Virus record (IMG/VR): IMGVR_UViG_3300037634_001146
Coordinates: 1-35,574 of that record
Length of the DNA: 35,574 nt
Origin: a virus
Lineage: Duplodnaviria > Caudoviricetes
Direction: 5' to 3' (one strand)
Shown here: in pieces, positions 18,800-30,079 of the stretch
How the letters are laid out: each line of letters begins with the position of its first letter
Numbering within the stretch: position 1 is the stretch's first letter
Position numbers and translations under genes: made by a program
Notes under the pieces: generated by a model
The model's database searches: none
The model's input: only the letters and a program-made list of their open reading frames with translations
Told to the model about the DNA's origin: nothing

Positions 18800-20512
18800 C
18801 TAGTAATCCCAACGAACAATAAAATTCATATCCACATCATCTCGTTTCTGAATAGGCTGAGCTAACTTTGAAACTGCGACTAATTGGGCAGCATCGTTAT
18901 ATAAACCTATAGTAGAAATATAAGGAGATACAGTGCCAGAAATAAACATCGATTTACGATGATCACCAGGTAATGAATTTTTTTCTTCTGATACTGATAA
19001 TATTTTATTTGTTGCTGGTGTAATTGTAGCACTAGGATTCATTGAAACATTAAATTGGTCCTTTGGTACTCTTACCAAAACTTCATTTTCATATATTGTA
19101 TGAGTTCCTTTATATGAAACATTAAACGTATTACCAAATGCCCCAGAACCAGTGTTATATTTTGACATTGGAGATGATACTACCATTTCTCCGGTACGAT
19201 AAAATATATTGCCGGCGATGTTAGTCTGGAATAATGAACCAGATAGATAATGTCGATTTGACAATGAAGTAATTTCAGAATCAGAAATTGCATAATCATA
19301 CATACGTAATTCTGCTAAATTATTTATTGAATTGTTTTCAGCTGTTTGGCTTCCGGATATAAACCTTCCGATTATAATATCATCGCGGTTTGCGGTAACC
19401 CCAATTGGTAATGAACCAGATGTCCCGGAAGCAATGCCATCTATAAAAAATTGACAAAGTGAATTAGAATTACGTATACAAATATGCTTCCATCCTAAAT
19501 CAGTATACTTATAATCAGCCCCGGATGATGAAATATTTAATACTTCAGTGCCATCCGATATTTGTAAATTCCATGAACCAGAAGCACTCGTACCATTACC
19601 ATGTTTCTGAACTCCTATAATAAACGGTGTACGTGTATTTTCATACGAACCAGTAATGCCAGGCATAAATCTTATACTATCACGCGTTTTAATGACACTA
19701 TTAATCGGGTCTAGATATGTTTCTTTTCGAATACCACCTTTTGATATTATCGGATGTTGTTTACCAAAAGCGTTATAATGCCAAAATGAAATAGTCCAAT
19801 CATCTGTACGATTAAATCGATTAAATTTATCTTCATGTGGTATTCGAATCAGTGCATTATTAATATTATCATCGCTCATTTTAAAACTATAGCCCATTGG
19901 ATATACTCCAGAAACGCCGGTTGCTGTTGGGCCATCTACAATATTAAAATTAGTTGTATCATATTGAGTTTCGATAGGACCTCTATGTTCAAATTCTTTA
20001 TTAAAAGATAAATGTAAAATATTACGACTTGATGATGCAAAACTAGAAGTTGATATGGCATGATCTCGTAAATTTCCATTACCATCATCTTGTAATGTAT
20101 ATGAATGTCCATTAGTAAATATACCGGTTACAGATCCAGCTTTAACACGTTCACCCACTTCATTAAATGGAAATATTAATGCCGATGCCGATTTGTATAA
20201 ATTTTTTGTAGTTAATGAAGCATTTGTTAATTCCGCACTACGTACTGGATCATGAGGATGTGCATAATATCGATGATTTAAACTATGCCATATTACATGT
20301 TGATTTGTATCATCTAACGTATTTACCGGATAATTATATGATGGATCACTAACATGTATTGGAGGTTTAAAGTAAACACCATTATGATGTACAAATCCAG
20401 ATGATGTAACAAATGCAGTACTATTTATACGATAATTTTTATATGCCTTAAAGGTACGTTGTTGATAATCATTGGCACGTATTGGTCGAAAAACTGTTGG
20501 TATAATTGGCAT
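18800..20512 (-). CDS. Virion structural protein with a LamG/concanavalin A-like domain
   Basis: DWTISFW, WKHICIR, FFIDG and LAELRMYDYAIS LamG motifs; C-terminal YISTIGLYND..QLVAVSKL. Confidence 0.8.
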   Translation of the reverse strand: MPIIPTVFRPIRANDYQQRTFKAYKNYRINSTAFVTSSGFVHHNGVYFKPPIHVSDPSYNYPVNTLDDTNQHVIWHSLNHRYYAHPHDPVRSAELTNASLTTKNLYKSASALIFPFNEVGERVKAGSVTGIFTNGHSYTLQDDGNGNLRDHAISTSSFASSSRNILHLSFNKEFEHRGPIETQYDTTNFNIVDGPTATGVSGVYPMGYSFKMSDDNINNALIRIPHEDKFNRFNRTDDWTISFWHYNAFGKQHPIISKGGIRKETYLDPINSVIKTRDSIRFMPGITGSYENTRTPFIIGVQKHGNGTSASGSWNLQISDGTEVLNISSSGADYKYTDLGWKHICIRNSNSLCQFFIDGIASGTSGSLPIGVTANRDDIIIGRFISGSQTAENNSINNLAELRMYDYAISDSEITSLSNRHYLSGSLFQTNIAGNIFYRTGEMVVSSPMSKYNTGSGAFGNTFNVSYKGTHTIYENEVLVRVPKDQFNVSMNPSATITPATNKILSVSEEKNSLPGDHRKSMFISGTVSPYISTIGLYNDAAQLVAVSKLAQPIQKRDDVDMNFIVRWDY

Positions 20513-20528
20513 ATCATATCATTTATTT

Positions 20529-21788
20529 TTAAAAATCTAATTTCACTTTAATCAATGCTTCGCGAGTATAATTTTTTAATAATGGTTGGCTCATTTTAGC
20601 TACTGCTAATAATTCTCTACGATCATTATATAATCCAACTGAAGTGATATATGTTTGAGGATCATTCTTAAATGAATTAAATGTTAATTGGCCAAGAGAT
20701 CCTGTAATAAATGTTGGATTATTTGAATAATTATATTCTGCATTTTTAGCTCTAACAAAATAATATGTTGATTTTACTTGTTCTGATGATCTAGCCTGGA
20801 TACCTCCATTAACACCGGCACCGGTATTTGCATTTGAAGATGATATTGATGCAAATAATCTATAAGCATTATTTCCTTCTGTACCGTCTTCTGTTTGAGT
20901 ACCTAATGACGCCCCACCAGCTGGATTACCAGTATCTAACGCGGTAGCATTTAAAATTGCAATACCATGTTGTGGATATAATAATCCATAATAAACTGGA
21001 CTTGATGCATTATAAATTCCGGCACCATCCAACGATCCAGAAATTAAATTATAAACTAAACCTGCTTCTCCTTCAGTAGCAGACGTTAATGATGAATCAT
21101 CAATAATTTGTATAAATTTATTACTCGAAGATTCTTGAAATTGATAATTAGTAGCAGCTGCTCCACCCGACATTTCTGCTAATGTAATTTCAAAATTACC
21201 TGGGTCTAATTTTTCTCGTACTCTTGCACGATTAAAATTTAACGCATATATAGAATCAGAATCAACATTATTAAAAGTAAATTTCTTATCATTAGGAGCT
21301 AATAATGTTTGTGCATATTGTTTATAAATAGCTCTAGAAGGTGTATCATTATTTAAATTACCAGACGTATCTGCAGAACCAGAACCGTTATAATGACCAT
21401 ATGCAATAGAAAGTTCTGATGCTGCGGATGTAACTGTTTTAGGATCACCTCCGCTAAATATTTCTTGATAATATGATTTTTGCGCGGGAGTTAAATTAGA
21501 TGATGTAAATAACGAAACTAAACTACCGGTATTACCAGAAAATAATCCACGCGTTACAGTTTCTACATTATTTGCTAAAACATCGTCTATTGTATCAAAT
21601 CTAGAATATACTTTACCATTTCTGCCTATACGACGTTCTAAATCACGTTCTGCGATAATTTGATTTGCTAATCGCTCGGCTTGCTGTTCAACCGATACTC
21701 GAGAAGTTTGTGCCGATTTTTGCGGCACAGCTCTCTGTTCTGCGCGGTTTGCAGATCTATAATTCATATTTCTATTACGTGTTGCCAT
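20529..21788 (-). CDS. Virion (baseplate/tail-fibre base) structural protein
   Basis: C-terminal TYITSVGLYNDRRELLAVAKMSQP is paralogous to the neighbour's C-terminus; lies in the tail module. Confidence 0.7.
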   Translation of the reverse strand: MATRNRNMNYRSANRAEQRAVPQKSAQTSRVSVEQQAERLANQIIAERDLERRIGRNGKVYSRFDTIDDVLANNVETVTRGLFSGNTGSLVSLFTSSNLTPAQKSYYQEIFSGGDPKTVTSAASELSIAYGHYNGSGSADTSGNLNNDTPSRAIYKQYAQTLLAPNDKKFTFNNVDSDSIYALNFNRARVREKLDPGNFEITLAEMSGGAAATNYQFQESSSNKFIQIIDDSSLTSATEGEAGLVYNLISGSLDGAGIYNASSPVYYGLLYPQHGIAILNATALDTGNPAGGASLGTQTEDGTEGNNAYRLFASISSSNANTGAGVNGGIQARSSEQVKSTYYFVRAKNAEYNYSNNPTFITGSLGQLTFNSFKNDPQTYITSVGLYNDRRELLAVAKMSQPLLKNYTREALIKVKLDF

Positions 21789-21802
21789 TTCTATTTATTC
21801 CT

Positions 21803-22483
21803 TTATAATCCCGATTCTACATTACCTTTTTGAGATACTGTAGCTACATCCAATTTTTTAACAGTTATATCTAAAGTAGCTCTACCACCGGTTTCATTTC
21901 CAATAATTACTAACGTCGCAGTTTTATCTGTATCATATTGTTCTTTTGCAATCACTTCAAATTCAACTCCTTGAAGACTAATACTCTGGGCTGATTCAGA
22001 ATCACCAATAAATTGAGGTATAGATGCGGCTGCACCTTGTCGACCAATTGCTTGAGTAACTCTCAATTCAGCTACATCAGAATCCGATAAAATTGCTGTA
22101 TATCCAAATTGTCTATTACCACCAGAAAAATTAACAGTATCGGGTGATAAGATAGATGATTGGTTTGCTTGTAATGTTATTGATGATTGGCCAAGTGATA
22201 CAACTGGAATTCGGGCAGTTCCTTTTGGTAAAGTTACTAACTTATATTTCATAGTTTGAGTTTCATCCGGCAAAGCTTCTAATATAGGCATATTTTCAAT
22301 TGCGGCACCATAATATGCGGACCCTAATGGATGCTCTGGATTATATAAATCATAATCTATTTCATCATCTGCTAACGCAAATTGCGTAATTTTAAATTCA
22401 TCACGTCCTCGTGCTAACAACTCTCTACCTTTTTTGGTAAGAATTGCATCAATTGTTATCGAACTATTATTTAAATATCCCAT
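21803..22483 (-). CDS. Virion (baseplate/tail-fibre base) structural protein
   Basis: N-terminal AILTKKGRELLA...FKITQFALADDE resembles the start of tail-collar/fibre-base domains. Confidence 0.65.
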   Translation of the reverse strand: MGYLNNSSITIDAILTKKGRELLARGRDEFKITQFALADDEIDYDLYNPEHPLGSAYYGAAIENMPILEALPDETQTMKYKLVTLPKGTARIPVVSLGQSSITLQANQSSILSPDTVNFSGGNRQFGYTAILSDSDVAELRVTQAIGRQGAAASIPQFIGDSESAQSISLQGVEFEVIAKEQYDTDKTATLVIIGNETGGRATLDITVKKLDVATVSQKGNVESGL

Positions 22484-22500
22484 ATCTTATCCTACTTTTT

Positions 22501-22509
22501 AATAAATAT
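22501..22509 (-). promoter_or_regulatory. ATATTTATW motif (putative late promoter)
   Basis: ATATTTATT, 17 nt before the ATG at 22483. Confidence 0.55.
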
Positions 22510-22523
22510 GCTTATAGGTAAAT

Positions 22524-25500
22524 TTACTGTACACGTAACGTACCTTGTTGATTCGGTGCCGGCGTTTCATTATAAATTAATTGATTTGGATTCACTGCAA
22601 ATACTTGAACTATTGGTTCAAAATTTAATTGTGGATATGCTGAATTTTGATTAATTCCAGGAGCCGTAAGTTGCATACCATCAAATCTTTGATTTTCTGT
22701 CATAATAAATTTATCATCGCGATATGATGCGGCCGTAAATGATCGACTATAATATTGTCCAATTGATTGACTTATAACTGAACTATAAAAAAACTTTTCT
22801 GTATTAAATATACTACTAACTCTAGAGTTTAAAACAAAACCTTCATTTACCGATCCGGTCATACTACCGGTATTTGTTACATTTATATTAAATAAATAAT
22901 TATTATCTATATAACCATTTGATGCTGTTTGATATAATGATTGCATAGATAATACATTTTCATTTATTGAAATATTTGCTTCATAATTTTTATAATCAGC
23001 ACTAGCAGTAGGTTGTAAACCAGGAATTACTACATCATATTGCGGATTTGTATATGTTATAGGTTTTATTACTTGTATTTTAGTTCGTTCTAATGCATGT
23101 GGTTCAACCAATAACCCCATTGCTTCATCTACACGTTCAGGTAATAATTGTTTTATTTGAGTAAATAACGAAAAATCAAATTGACTAAATATACGTATAA
23201 ATGCATTTATATCATTACGATTTGTATATTTTTTCCAATATTCATTTGCAAAATTTTCTAAACCTGGATATATAGATTCGTATTGATCACTTGGATCTCC
23301 TATATAATCATCTAATTCAACATCGCCAATTTGATTGAAAATTTCTTTGTTAATTTGATCAGCCATTGAATAAAATAAACCTAATCGATTTGTATCAATT
23401 GGAGCGCGATCAAATCTAGACTTCTCTGCAGTATTTGTAGGAGATAAATTTCTAACTAATTCATTATCTTCTATTCGTATTTTCTGTGATCTTGGAACAT
23501 TACCACCTAAAGATATACCTTGAATATAATACGTTTCTTCTACAGGTTCAAAATTTCCACGTTCAGAATTTGCCGGCGTAATAAATCCGTTAACTATTGC
23601 TTCACCACCATGTAACGTATTACTTCCGGAAGCCGGATGTTTACTTATAATTTTTGTGCCGTTAGTAGAATAATCAATTGCATCTAAATCAGTACCTAAC
23701 GGTAAATGTCTATGTAATTGATCATATGATGCAGTAGGACTTAAAGATGATACATATGAACTAGGATTCAATGTATGTAAGTCAAATGTCGTATCATTAA
23801 TTGTTTCAAACCATTCACGATATTCTTGTATTGAACCACTAAATGTAGTAATACTAGTATCTGACAGATTATTAATTTGTGTATCAACGTTTGATGTTCC
23901 TAACTTACCACCAATAAATACTTCTCCAGATCCTCCATCAATAGGTTCTTCAATATTACCTGTAGATCCAGAATGAATCACTTTGCCAGTGATATAATCT
24001 GAGGCTTTTTGTACTGTAACCGCATTATCATCGCCAACAGAAGTAGTCCATTTAAGATTCCAAAACTCACCATCGAATAATGGAAGAAAACTTGTAGTAG
24101 AACTGCCGGCGCTATCTGCTATTGCAATACGACCATAAGAATCACTTCCAGAATATGAACCTGTATATAAAACAGCTATATGAAATTTAGTATTAGAGCC
24201 ATTGTAATATGACATTAATGCCATATCATCTTTGATGGCCGGCTTAAATCGAATTTCACGTGTACGTATAGTATTACTAGTTGATGGAACTTTAATATAT
24301 GCATTTTCATTAATTTGTAATGCATAATTAAATCGGTCTTCTATTAAAACAGGAGATTCTCCAGATACATTCGGACCACCATATTCTCGTATAGAAAGTA
24401 AAGTCTGCGGAATACCATATGTATTCATCAACGCTTTAACTGACCTCGCAGTACCTTTAGATTTAAGTAAATATGGTAAATTATTAACAATTCTACGCCA
24501 TACTTCTGTTGTTATATCTTCATCAGACTTCGAAAATAACGATCCAGTTGATTGGTAAGCACCTGACCCGGAATTAACACCTAATTTATATTGCCATAAA
24601 GCAGAAGCTTGGTTACCATCAGTTAATGACCAACCTAATGAAGATGCAATTTCATACAATGTATCTTTACTTTGTCCTAACGTAGGATGTTCTTCTAATT
24701 TATATAATTTAGCTAAATTATCAATATATGAATATATGATATCATAATGATGACCAATCATGTTAACAAATAATTCATACTGTAAGTTATTTTCATCATT
24801 CCGTATATGTTCTGGAATAGTCGTAGCTAAATTATTAGGATTTTCAAAGTCATATAATGAAGCAGTTGCGTATACACCAGAATACCATGATGTTGCTAAT
24901 GACGATGTACTATGATGTAATACATATTTACCATTTGATAAATATTTTGGCCATGGTTGAACACGATATGCTTGAGCTCCTATTCTCCCACCTTCTATTT
25001 CATATTCTTCTGATTTATATAGATCATGTTCTGTGAATAAACTTGATGTTGATTCATTATATAACCAATATTCAAATGCATCAAATGATCCTATGATATC
25101 ATTTTTACGTGAAGTATTTATAGTGATATTATTTTGTAAAGAAGTAGAATCCGTACCAGTTGCGTCATTTAATACGTTTAAACGTGTATCATAATACTCA
25201 ATTAATTCTTTTTTATATTTAAAATTTGCAACGCGTTCTTTTGCAGATGAAAAATATATAAAATTGTTAAATCCGGAATAATCGATACCTAACTTAACGC
25301 CGGATAACGATCCTGAAAATATACTGTCAATTACATTTTGAGATGTCGAAGTATTGGCATCTAACAATGTATTCCATGATTTAAAATCTGTTTCTGTTAT
25401 TGTACCATACGATGTTTCAATTTCAAAATTAGGACCACGTAATTCATTTAAATTATTTAACTCACTTTCTCCAAAAACCGATATATCATTATCATCAAAC

Positions 25501-26090
25501 GAATCAGATAATTCGTTAACAATCCATGCGGTTGATTCTTCTTCAATATCATCTGGCAAAGGATCTAATAAACGTACAACTAAATCATCGTCTTCTCCAA
25601 ATAATTTTTCATTGATAATTCTGAAAAGCTGATCTTGTCCAAAATTTATTACTAATTCCATACCACTATTAACAGCGTCTACAAAATCTTCTAACATGTC
25701 ATCATGATCTTCTGGATTATCAACTTCTACATGTTCAAATCTTAATTCGCGTCGATCAGGAGATATCTCTTTAAGATATATCATTGGAAAAACTTCTGAT
25801 CCTAATATTGGATTATGGATATTAACTGATGCATTAAAATTACCACGACGTATGTTAAATGTTTCTAAAACTTCAGTATGGTCGATTAAAATTTTGTCAG
25901 TATTAAATTTATAACCTTGTGATATCACGCCACCAACAATATAACGAGGATTTTCTCCGGGAGTAAAGTAATGTACTTCTACAGTACCATCCTTAACTAA
26001 CGGTCGAGTCATACGTTTTACTGTATTTCTTGCTTTCTGTCGTGCTTTTGCTAACGACTTTCCTATATTTACTCCTGTATTTGCTGCCAT
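22524..26090 (-). CDS. Large baseplate wedge-like protein (T4 gp7/P2 gpI-like core)
   Basis: WRRIVNNLPYLLKSKGTARSVKALMNTYG resembles the gpI/gp7 KGT motif; lies downstream of the gp6-like and gp25-like genes. Confidence 0.6.
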   Translation of the reverse strand: MAANTGVNIGKSLAKARQKARNTVKRMTRPLVKDGTVEVHYFTPGENPRYIVGGVISQGYKFNTDKILIDHTEVLETFNIRRGNFNASVNIHNPILGSEVFPMIYLKEISPDRRELRFEHVEVDNPEDHDDMLEDFVDAVNSGMELVINFGQDQLFRIINEKLFGEDDDLVVRLLDPLPDDIEEESTAWIVNELSDSFDDNDISVFGESELNNLNELRGPNFEIETSYGTITETDFKSWNTLLDANTSTSQNVIDSIFSGSLSGVKLGIDYSGFNNFIYFSSAKERVANFKYKKELIEYYDTRLNVLNDATGTDSTSLQNNITINTSRKNDIIGSFDAFEYWLYNESTSSLFTEHDLYKSEEYEIEGGRIGAQAYRVQPWPKYLSNGKYVLHHSTSSLATSWYSGVYATASLYDFENPNNLATTIPEHIRNDENNLQYELFVNMIGHHYDIIYSYIDNLAKLYKLEEHPTLGQSKDTLYEIASSLGWSLTDGNQASALWQYKLGVNSGSGAYQSTGSLFSKSDEDITTEVWRRIVNNLPYLLKSKGTARSVKALMNTYGIPQTLLSIREYGGPNVSGESPVLIEDRFNYALQINENAYIKVPSTSNTIRTREIRFKPAIKDDMALMSYYNGSNTKFHIAVLYTGSYSGSDSYGRIAIADSAGSSTTSFLPLFDGEFWNLKWTTSVGDDNAVTVQKASDYITGKVIHSGSTGNIEEPIDGGSGEVFIGGKLGTSNVDTQINNLSDTSITTFSGSIQEYREWFETINDTTFDLHTLNPSSYVSSLSPTASYDQLHRHLPLGTDLDAIDYSTNGTKIISKHPASGSNTLHGGEAIVNGFITPANSERGNFEPVEETYYIQGISLGGNVPRSQKIRIEDNELVRNLSPTNTAEKSRFDRAPIDTNRLGLFYSMADQINKEIFNQIGDVELDDYIGDPSDQYESIYPGLENFANEYWKKYTNRNDINAFIRIFSQFDFSLFTQIKQLLPERVDEAMGLLVEPHALERTKIQVIKPITYTNPQYDVVIPGLQPTASADYKNYEANISINENVLSMQSLYQTASNGYIDNNYLFNINVTNTGSMTGSVNEGFVLNSRVSSIFNTEKFFYSSVISQSIGQYYSRSFTAASYRDDKFIMTENQRFDGMQLTAPGINQNSAYPQLNFEPIVQVFAVNPNQLIYNETPAPNQQGTLRVQ

Positions 26091-27064
26091 CCGCCATACT
26101 CATTATAATACAACTCCGAACCAGCCGGCTCATATGGTTGCATATATTCTAAATTAAATACTTCGTTATTTGTTGTATCAATATATCGTTGGTATCTTCT
26201 TCCAGAACCATCCATATTAGCTCCAGTTTTCCCAGAATCGCGCCATGAATAATGATCAAAATCATTCCATATCGGTTCATCATCTAAGCCATCACCTTGA
26301 AGATCGGTAATTACTCCTTCATCAATCATTACATTTAATACTGAATTATCTTCCCATGGATCAACATCAGGGTTATAATCTAATCCTAACCCGTTTATTT
26401 GATCATAATATACTAATGTTTTTATTGCCGGATAAGCTCCGCCCCAACTTCCTTCGAAAGCAACTGCTCTCCAATCACCATAAATCATCATGCGTATAGA
26501 TTCAATTGCATTCTCATAACTTCTATTATTTAAAACAATTATATTTCCTTCATATCGTGCACGAAGTTTTTCTTCCCATGTTTGTTTCTGAAATACGATT
26601 CCATTATAATATCTGCCAGAAGTACTATTCAAATTTCTTATATAATCTCCTGGATCTCTAAAGAATGGAAATGCTGGTCTATAACCGCTTTGAAATCTAA
26701 TAACATTGCTATATTCTCCCGACCTATCATCTAACGAATATAAATTATTATATATAAAATCATCTATATTTGTTTGAACACGTATTGCATCATAAGTCAA
26801 TCCACGTTCAATTAACATAACTTCCAATGTTTCATAATTAGGAATTATTACCGGCTCATTTTCTGCAGACTGAAAGGCAATTTCTATATCTTCTTTTAAC
26901 ATCATGTCATGATAATCACCAGATATTTTGACATTAGAAATGAATTCATCTTCTATAAGTTCTGTATCATCAGTTTCGACGAAATAATCAAATGCAGAAT
27001 CAATTTTACCAGATTCTTTAGTTTGGTTTAAATCATATTTTTTATATTTGGAACGATCTATCAT
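26069..27064 (-). CDS. Hypothetical protein (acidic; in the baseplate module)
   Basis: 331-aa ORF translationally coupled (TAATG) to the upstream gene. Confidence 0.7.
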   Translation of the reverse strand: MIDRSKYKKYDLNQTKESGKIDSAFDYFVETDDTELIEDEFISNVKISGDYHDMMLKEDIEIAFQSAENEPVIIPNYETLEVMLIERGLTYDAIRVQTNIDDFIYNNLYSLDDRSGEYSNVIRFQSGYRPAFPFFRDPGDYIRNLNSTSGRYYNGIVFQKQTWEEKLRARYEGNIIVLNNRSYENAIESIRMMIYGDWRAVAFEGSWGGAYPAIKTLVYYDQINGLGLDYNPDVDPWEDNSVLNVMIDEGVITDLQGDGLDDEPIWNDFDHYSWRDSGKTGANMDGSGRRYQRYIDTTNNEVFNLEYMQPYEPAGSELYYNEYGGWQQIQE

Positions 27065-28203
27065 TAGTTAACAACCTTAAAATAAAAATCATCAAATGTT
27101 TGTACATCATCGCCATTATCTCTTTCTATTTTTAATTGTATTTTATAATGGCGCTCTGGCATGAACGAATCCATTCGTAATTTAAAGAAACTACCATTCA
27201 CATCACAATCAATTCGAGTACCTAAAGTATCATATGCAACGATTATTTCATTCGTTACAGAATCTATTATGCTATAATATGAGGAAGTTGGTAATCTTTC
27301 TCCGGTTAAATAAAATGATGATGTAACATATGTACGTGGTGGGAACTCTGGACGAACTCCTATTCGAAATTTTGCAATTTCTGACGTTCTATATTCTGAT
27401 TTTATATTTTTAAAATATGGTACATATGTATCTGATGAAATTTCCGCCGAACTAGTATTAGCAAATGCAGTATTATCCCATGTTACTTCCAATTTAGGAA
27501 CAAATATTGTATGAGAGTCGCGGCCGAAAAATTTAATATCTCCCAATGATTCACCGGATATTTCATCCGAATAAGGACGTTTAATAATAAATCCATTATT
27601 AAGTATATTACCTTTAACCCAATTATCTACGATGTCAGATACATTTATACGTATATCAGGTATTTCATTATAAAACGACTGTGATGCTTCATACGATGAT
27701 CCGGTAATCCATGAACCACCACCGTTAGTTTTTTCTGATAATCCACGTTGATTGCTGCTATGGCCATTAGTCGTATTCCAATATGTAGTTACGTCTTTCG
27801 AGTTACGAAAATACCATGATGCGCCTTTTGTAGTCTTTGGTATATCATTTTTATATCCTTGACCATGTGACCATGATTCTGATATTGGGAATGCCTTTAT
27901 ATTATATCGGTGAATTAAATCTGACGCATCAGATGATTTTAATGATAAATATACCGATGCAGAACCAACACTATTACCGATTGGAGGTATATTACCATTA
28001 TTAACTGCAGCTGCAAGAGTATTAATTTCCGAACCAAAATCGATTAACAATCTTGTATTATATGTATTTGATTGGTACCGCCCGTCTATAATAGAACCGG
28101 ATTGTATTTTTGTAAGTTCTAAAATTTGATCGATACCAGTATTTTGATTTGGCATCCTTTCAAATAAAGTAGTGTTCCTTTCTGCGTAAAATATTCTATA
28201 CAT
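27064..28203 (-). CDS. Putative virion structural protein
   Basis: 379-aa ORF with an AAGGA RBS, immediately after the baseplate wedge gene; beta-rich sequence. Confidence 0.65.
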   Translation of the reverse strand: MYRIFYAERNTTLFERMPNQNTGIDQILELTKIQSGSIIDGRYQSNTYNTRLLIDFGSEINTLAAAVNNGNIPPIGNSVGSASVYLSLKSSDASDLIHRYNIKAFPISESWSHGQGYKNDIPKTTKGASWYFRNSKDVTTYWNTTNGHSSNQRGLSEKTNGGGSWITGSSYEASQSFYNEIPDIRINVSDIVDNWVKGNILNNGFIIKRPYSDEISGESLGDIKFFGRDSHTIFVPKLEVTWDNTAFANTSSAEISSDTYVPYFKNIKSEYRTSEIAKFRIGVRPEFPPRTYVTSSFYLTGERLPTSSYYSIIDSVTNEIIVAYDTLGTRIDCDVNGSFFKLRMDSFMPERHYKIQLKIERDNGDDVQTFDDFYFKVVN

Positions 28204-28211
28204 TTAATTCC

Positions 28212-30065
28212 TTAAACTTTAACAACTCGCCCTCTTATATCAGAATTAGGATATTTTATTTCAAATATACATGGATCTAATGATGGATATAAAATATTAT
28301 TTTTAATAGCGGATTTTATATTGTAAACATTTGGTGAATAAGATCCGCCTGTCTTATTTGTAAATTCAAAATTAACAACACTTTGTACCCCATCAATTTT
28401 ATCTAATTCAGACATCATCGATGATATATCTACGGAACCATTGATTTGCATTCTATCATTTGATAATAACGTTTTTAATCGGTCTATACATTTTAATATT
28501 ACTTCATTACTATTTTGATTAGGTCTAGTTATGATTTCAAAATCTACTGCAATATTAATAACAAATGCAGATTTTATATTTATTGCATCGGTTAGCATAC
28601 GATATTGAGATATATAAGTTCTTATATTCTCTTTTAATGCTGAATTAGGTTCAATAAAATTTCCTGTAGAATTTCTAGATAATAAATACAAATTCAATGC
28701 CAATGGATTCTGTAACGTCTCTGCTGGGTATGTTTTATCATTTGTATTTATTTGAGTATCTGCTGTAATATATGCTTTAGATACTGATCCATATTTTGAT
28801 GGCATTGCATATACCCTTGCAATATAATCTTCTTTAGTAATTATACGATTCTGAGCAGCAAAGGCTGCCATGGCATTTTGTCTAATACCTTCAATATCTT
28901 GTTTTGTTTTCCCACCAACTGCCGGTTCTGAATTTGTAACTGCTACAGATGCTTTTGCGTCCGAAAGGTTAACAGTTCCATTATCATTTAAATATGTAAT
29001 ATTATTTATTTTTGTTATAGAATTTATCGAGACATTATCAGAAATACTCCCACCTATAGTGTATCGTATAGTCAATGTGGTATTTGAAGGAGCTAAGCCA
29101 TAAGTACTGGTATATAAAAAATTAGATGGGTCAATTGAATCACTAGTAATACGTTTTAAATATTCTAACCCTTGCCCTACATTTTTTGGATTTGGAATAA
29201 TTTCTTCATCTTGATCCGATGATATTCCCGAACCGAAACATATTTCTAATCGATTATCTTCGCGTAATCTAGTAATAAACCGCCTAGGCGTTTTACGTAA
29301 TTTTAAAATATATGGTACCGATGATCGGTGTTCCGATAACTCCGGATCATTAAATGGAATATTTGCGATATCTTCAAATACAGTATCTTGAGCTAAATAA
29401 TCAACTTCATACCAATTATTTCCCGCCGAATCAGTAATGTCTATAATATTAATAACATCTGATTCCGGTAATACTATTTTATCATATGGCTTTGGGTCTT
29501 TGTACGATAACGTTAAAGTTTTAATTTGACCAGACTCTACAGTTACTTGTTTTTTTAACAAATATCTAGCAACGTTACCTGATACATCTATTTCATATAC
29601 AGATATATCCGGATCTGAATTAAAATCAACTGGTGCTAATGTTCTAAATATAATACCTTCTTCGCTTTCTAATTCTGCATCACTACCAATAGTAAGTGCA
29701 TGAGCCATATCTGGTGTTGCACTTGCCCCAGTTCCGGATGCAATTACTAGCTGAAATACATCTAATTTACATTTAGCCGGAGAATTTAATTTAGGCTTAT
29801 ATCCAAATAAATTTGATAACATTAATATATTAGAATCTTCACGTGCAGTAGATAACAATGATTCGCGGAAAGATGTATCTGTATAATATGATAATACATC
29901 CCCAATATATGATGCCATTTCAATAAACATCATACCAGGAGATGATTCATTAAAATCTTGGTATGTATCCGGGTAATAATTTTTTGCAAAGTTTATTAAA
30001 TTTTGTCTAAACTGGGCAAAATCTTTATTTAAATATTTTACATCTTTCTTAACTAAGTTACTCAT
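28212..30065 (-). CDS. Baseplate wedge protein (T4 gp6 / baseplate-J-like)
   Basis: YLNKDF...YQDFNESSPGMMFIEMASYIGDVLSYYTD, FGSG, YTIGG, AVGG, QNRIITKEDY. Confidence 0.88.
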   Translation of the reverse strand: MSNLVKKDVKYLNKDFAQFRQNLINFAKNYYPDTYQDFNESSPGMMFIEMASYIGDVLSYYTDTSFRESLLSTAREDSNILMLSNLFGYKPKLNSPAKCKLDVFQLVIASGTGASATPDMAHALTIGSDAELESEEGIIFRTLAPVDFNSDPDISVYEIDVSGNVARYLLKKQVTVESGQIKTLTLSYKDPKPYDKIVLPESDVINIIDITDSAGNNWYEVDYLAQDTVFEDIANIPFNDPELSEHRSSVPYILKLRKTPRRFITRLREDNRLEICFGSGISSDQDEEIIPNPKNVGQGLEYLKRITSDSIDPSNFLYTSTYGLAPSNTTLTIRYTIGGSISDNVSINSITKINNITYLNDNGTVNLSDAKASVAVTNSEPAVGGKTKQDIEGIRQNAMAAFAAQNRIITKEDYIARVYAMPSKYGSVSKAYITADTQINTNDKTYPAETLQNPLALNLYLLSRNSTGNFIEPNSALKENIRTYISQYRMLTDAINIKSAFVINIAVDFEIITRPNQNSNEVILKCIDRLKTLLSNDRMQINGSVDISSMMSELDKIDGVQSVVNFEFTNKTGGSYSPNVYNIKSAIKNNILYPSLDPCIFEIKYPNSDIRGRVVKV

Positions 30066-30079
30066 AAGCTAACCTTTCC

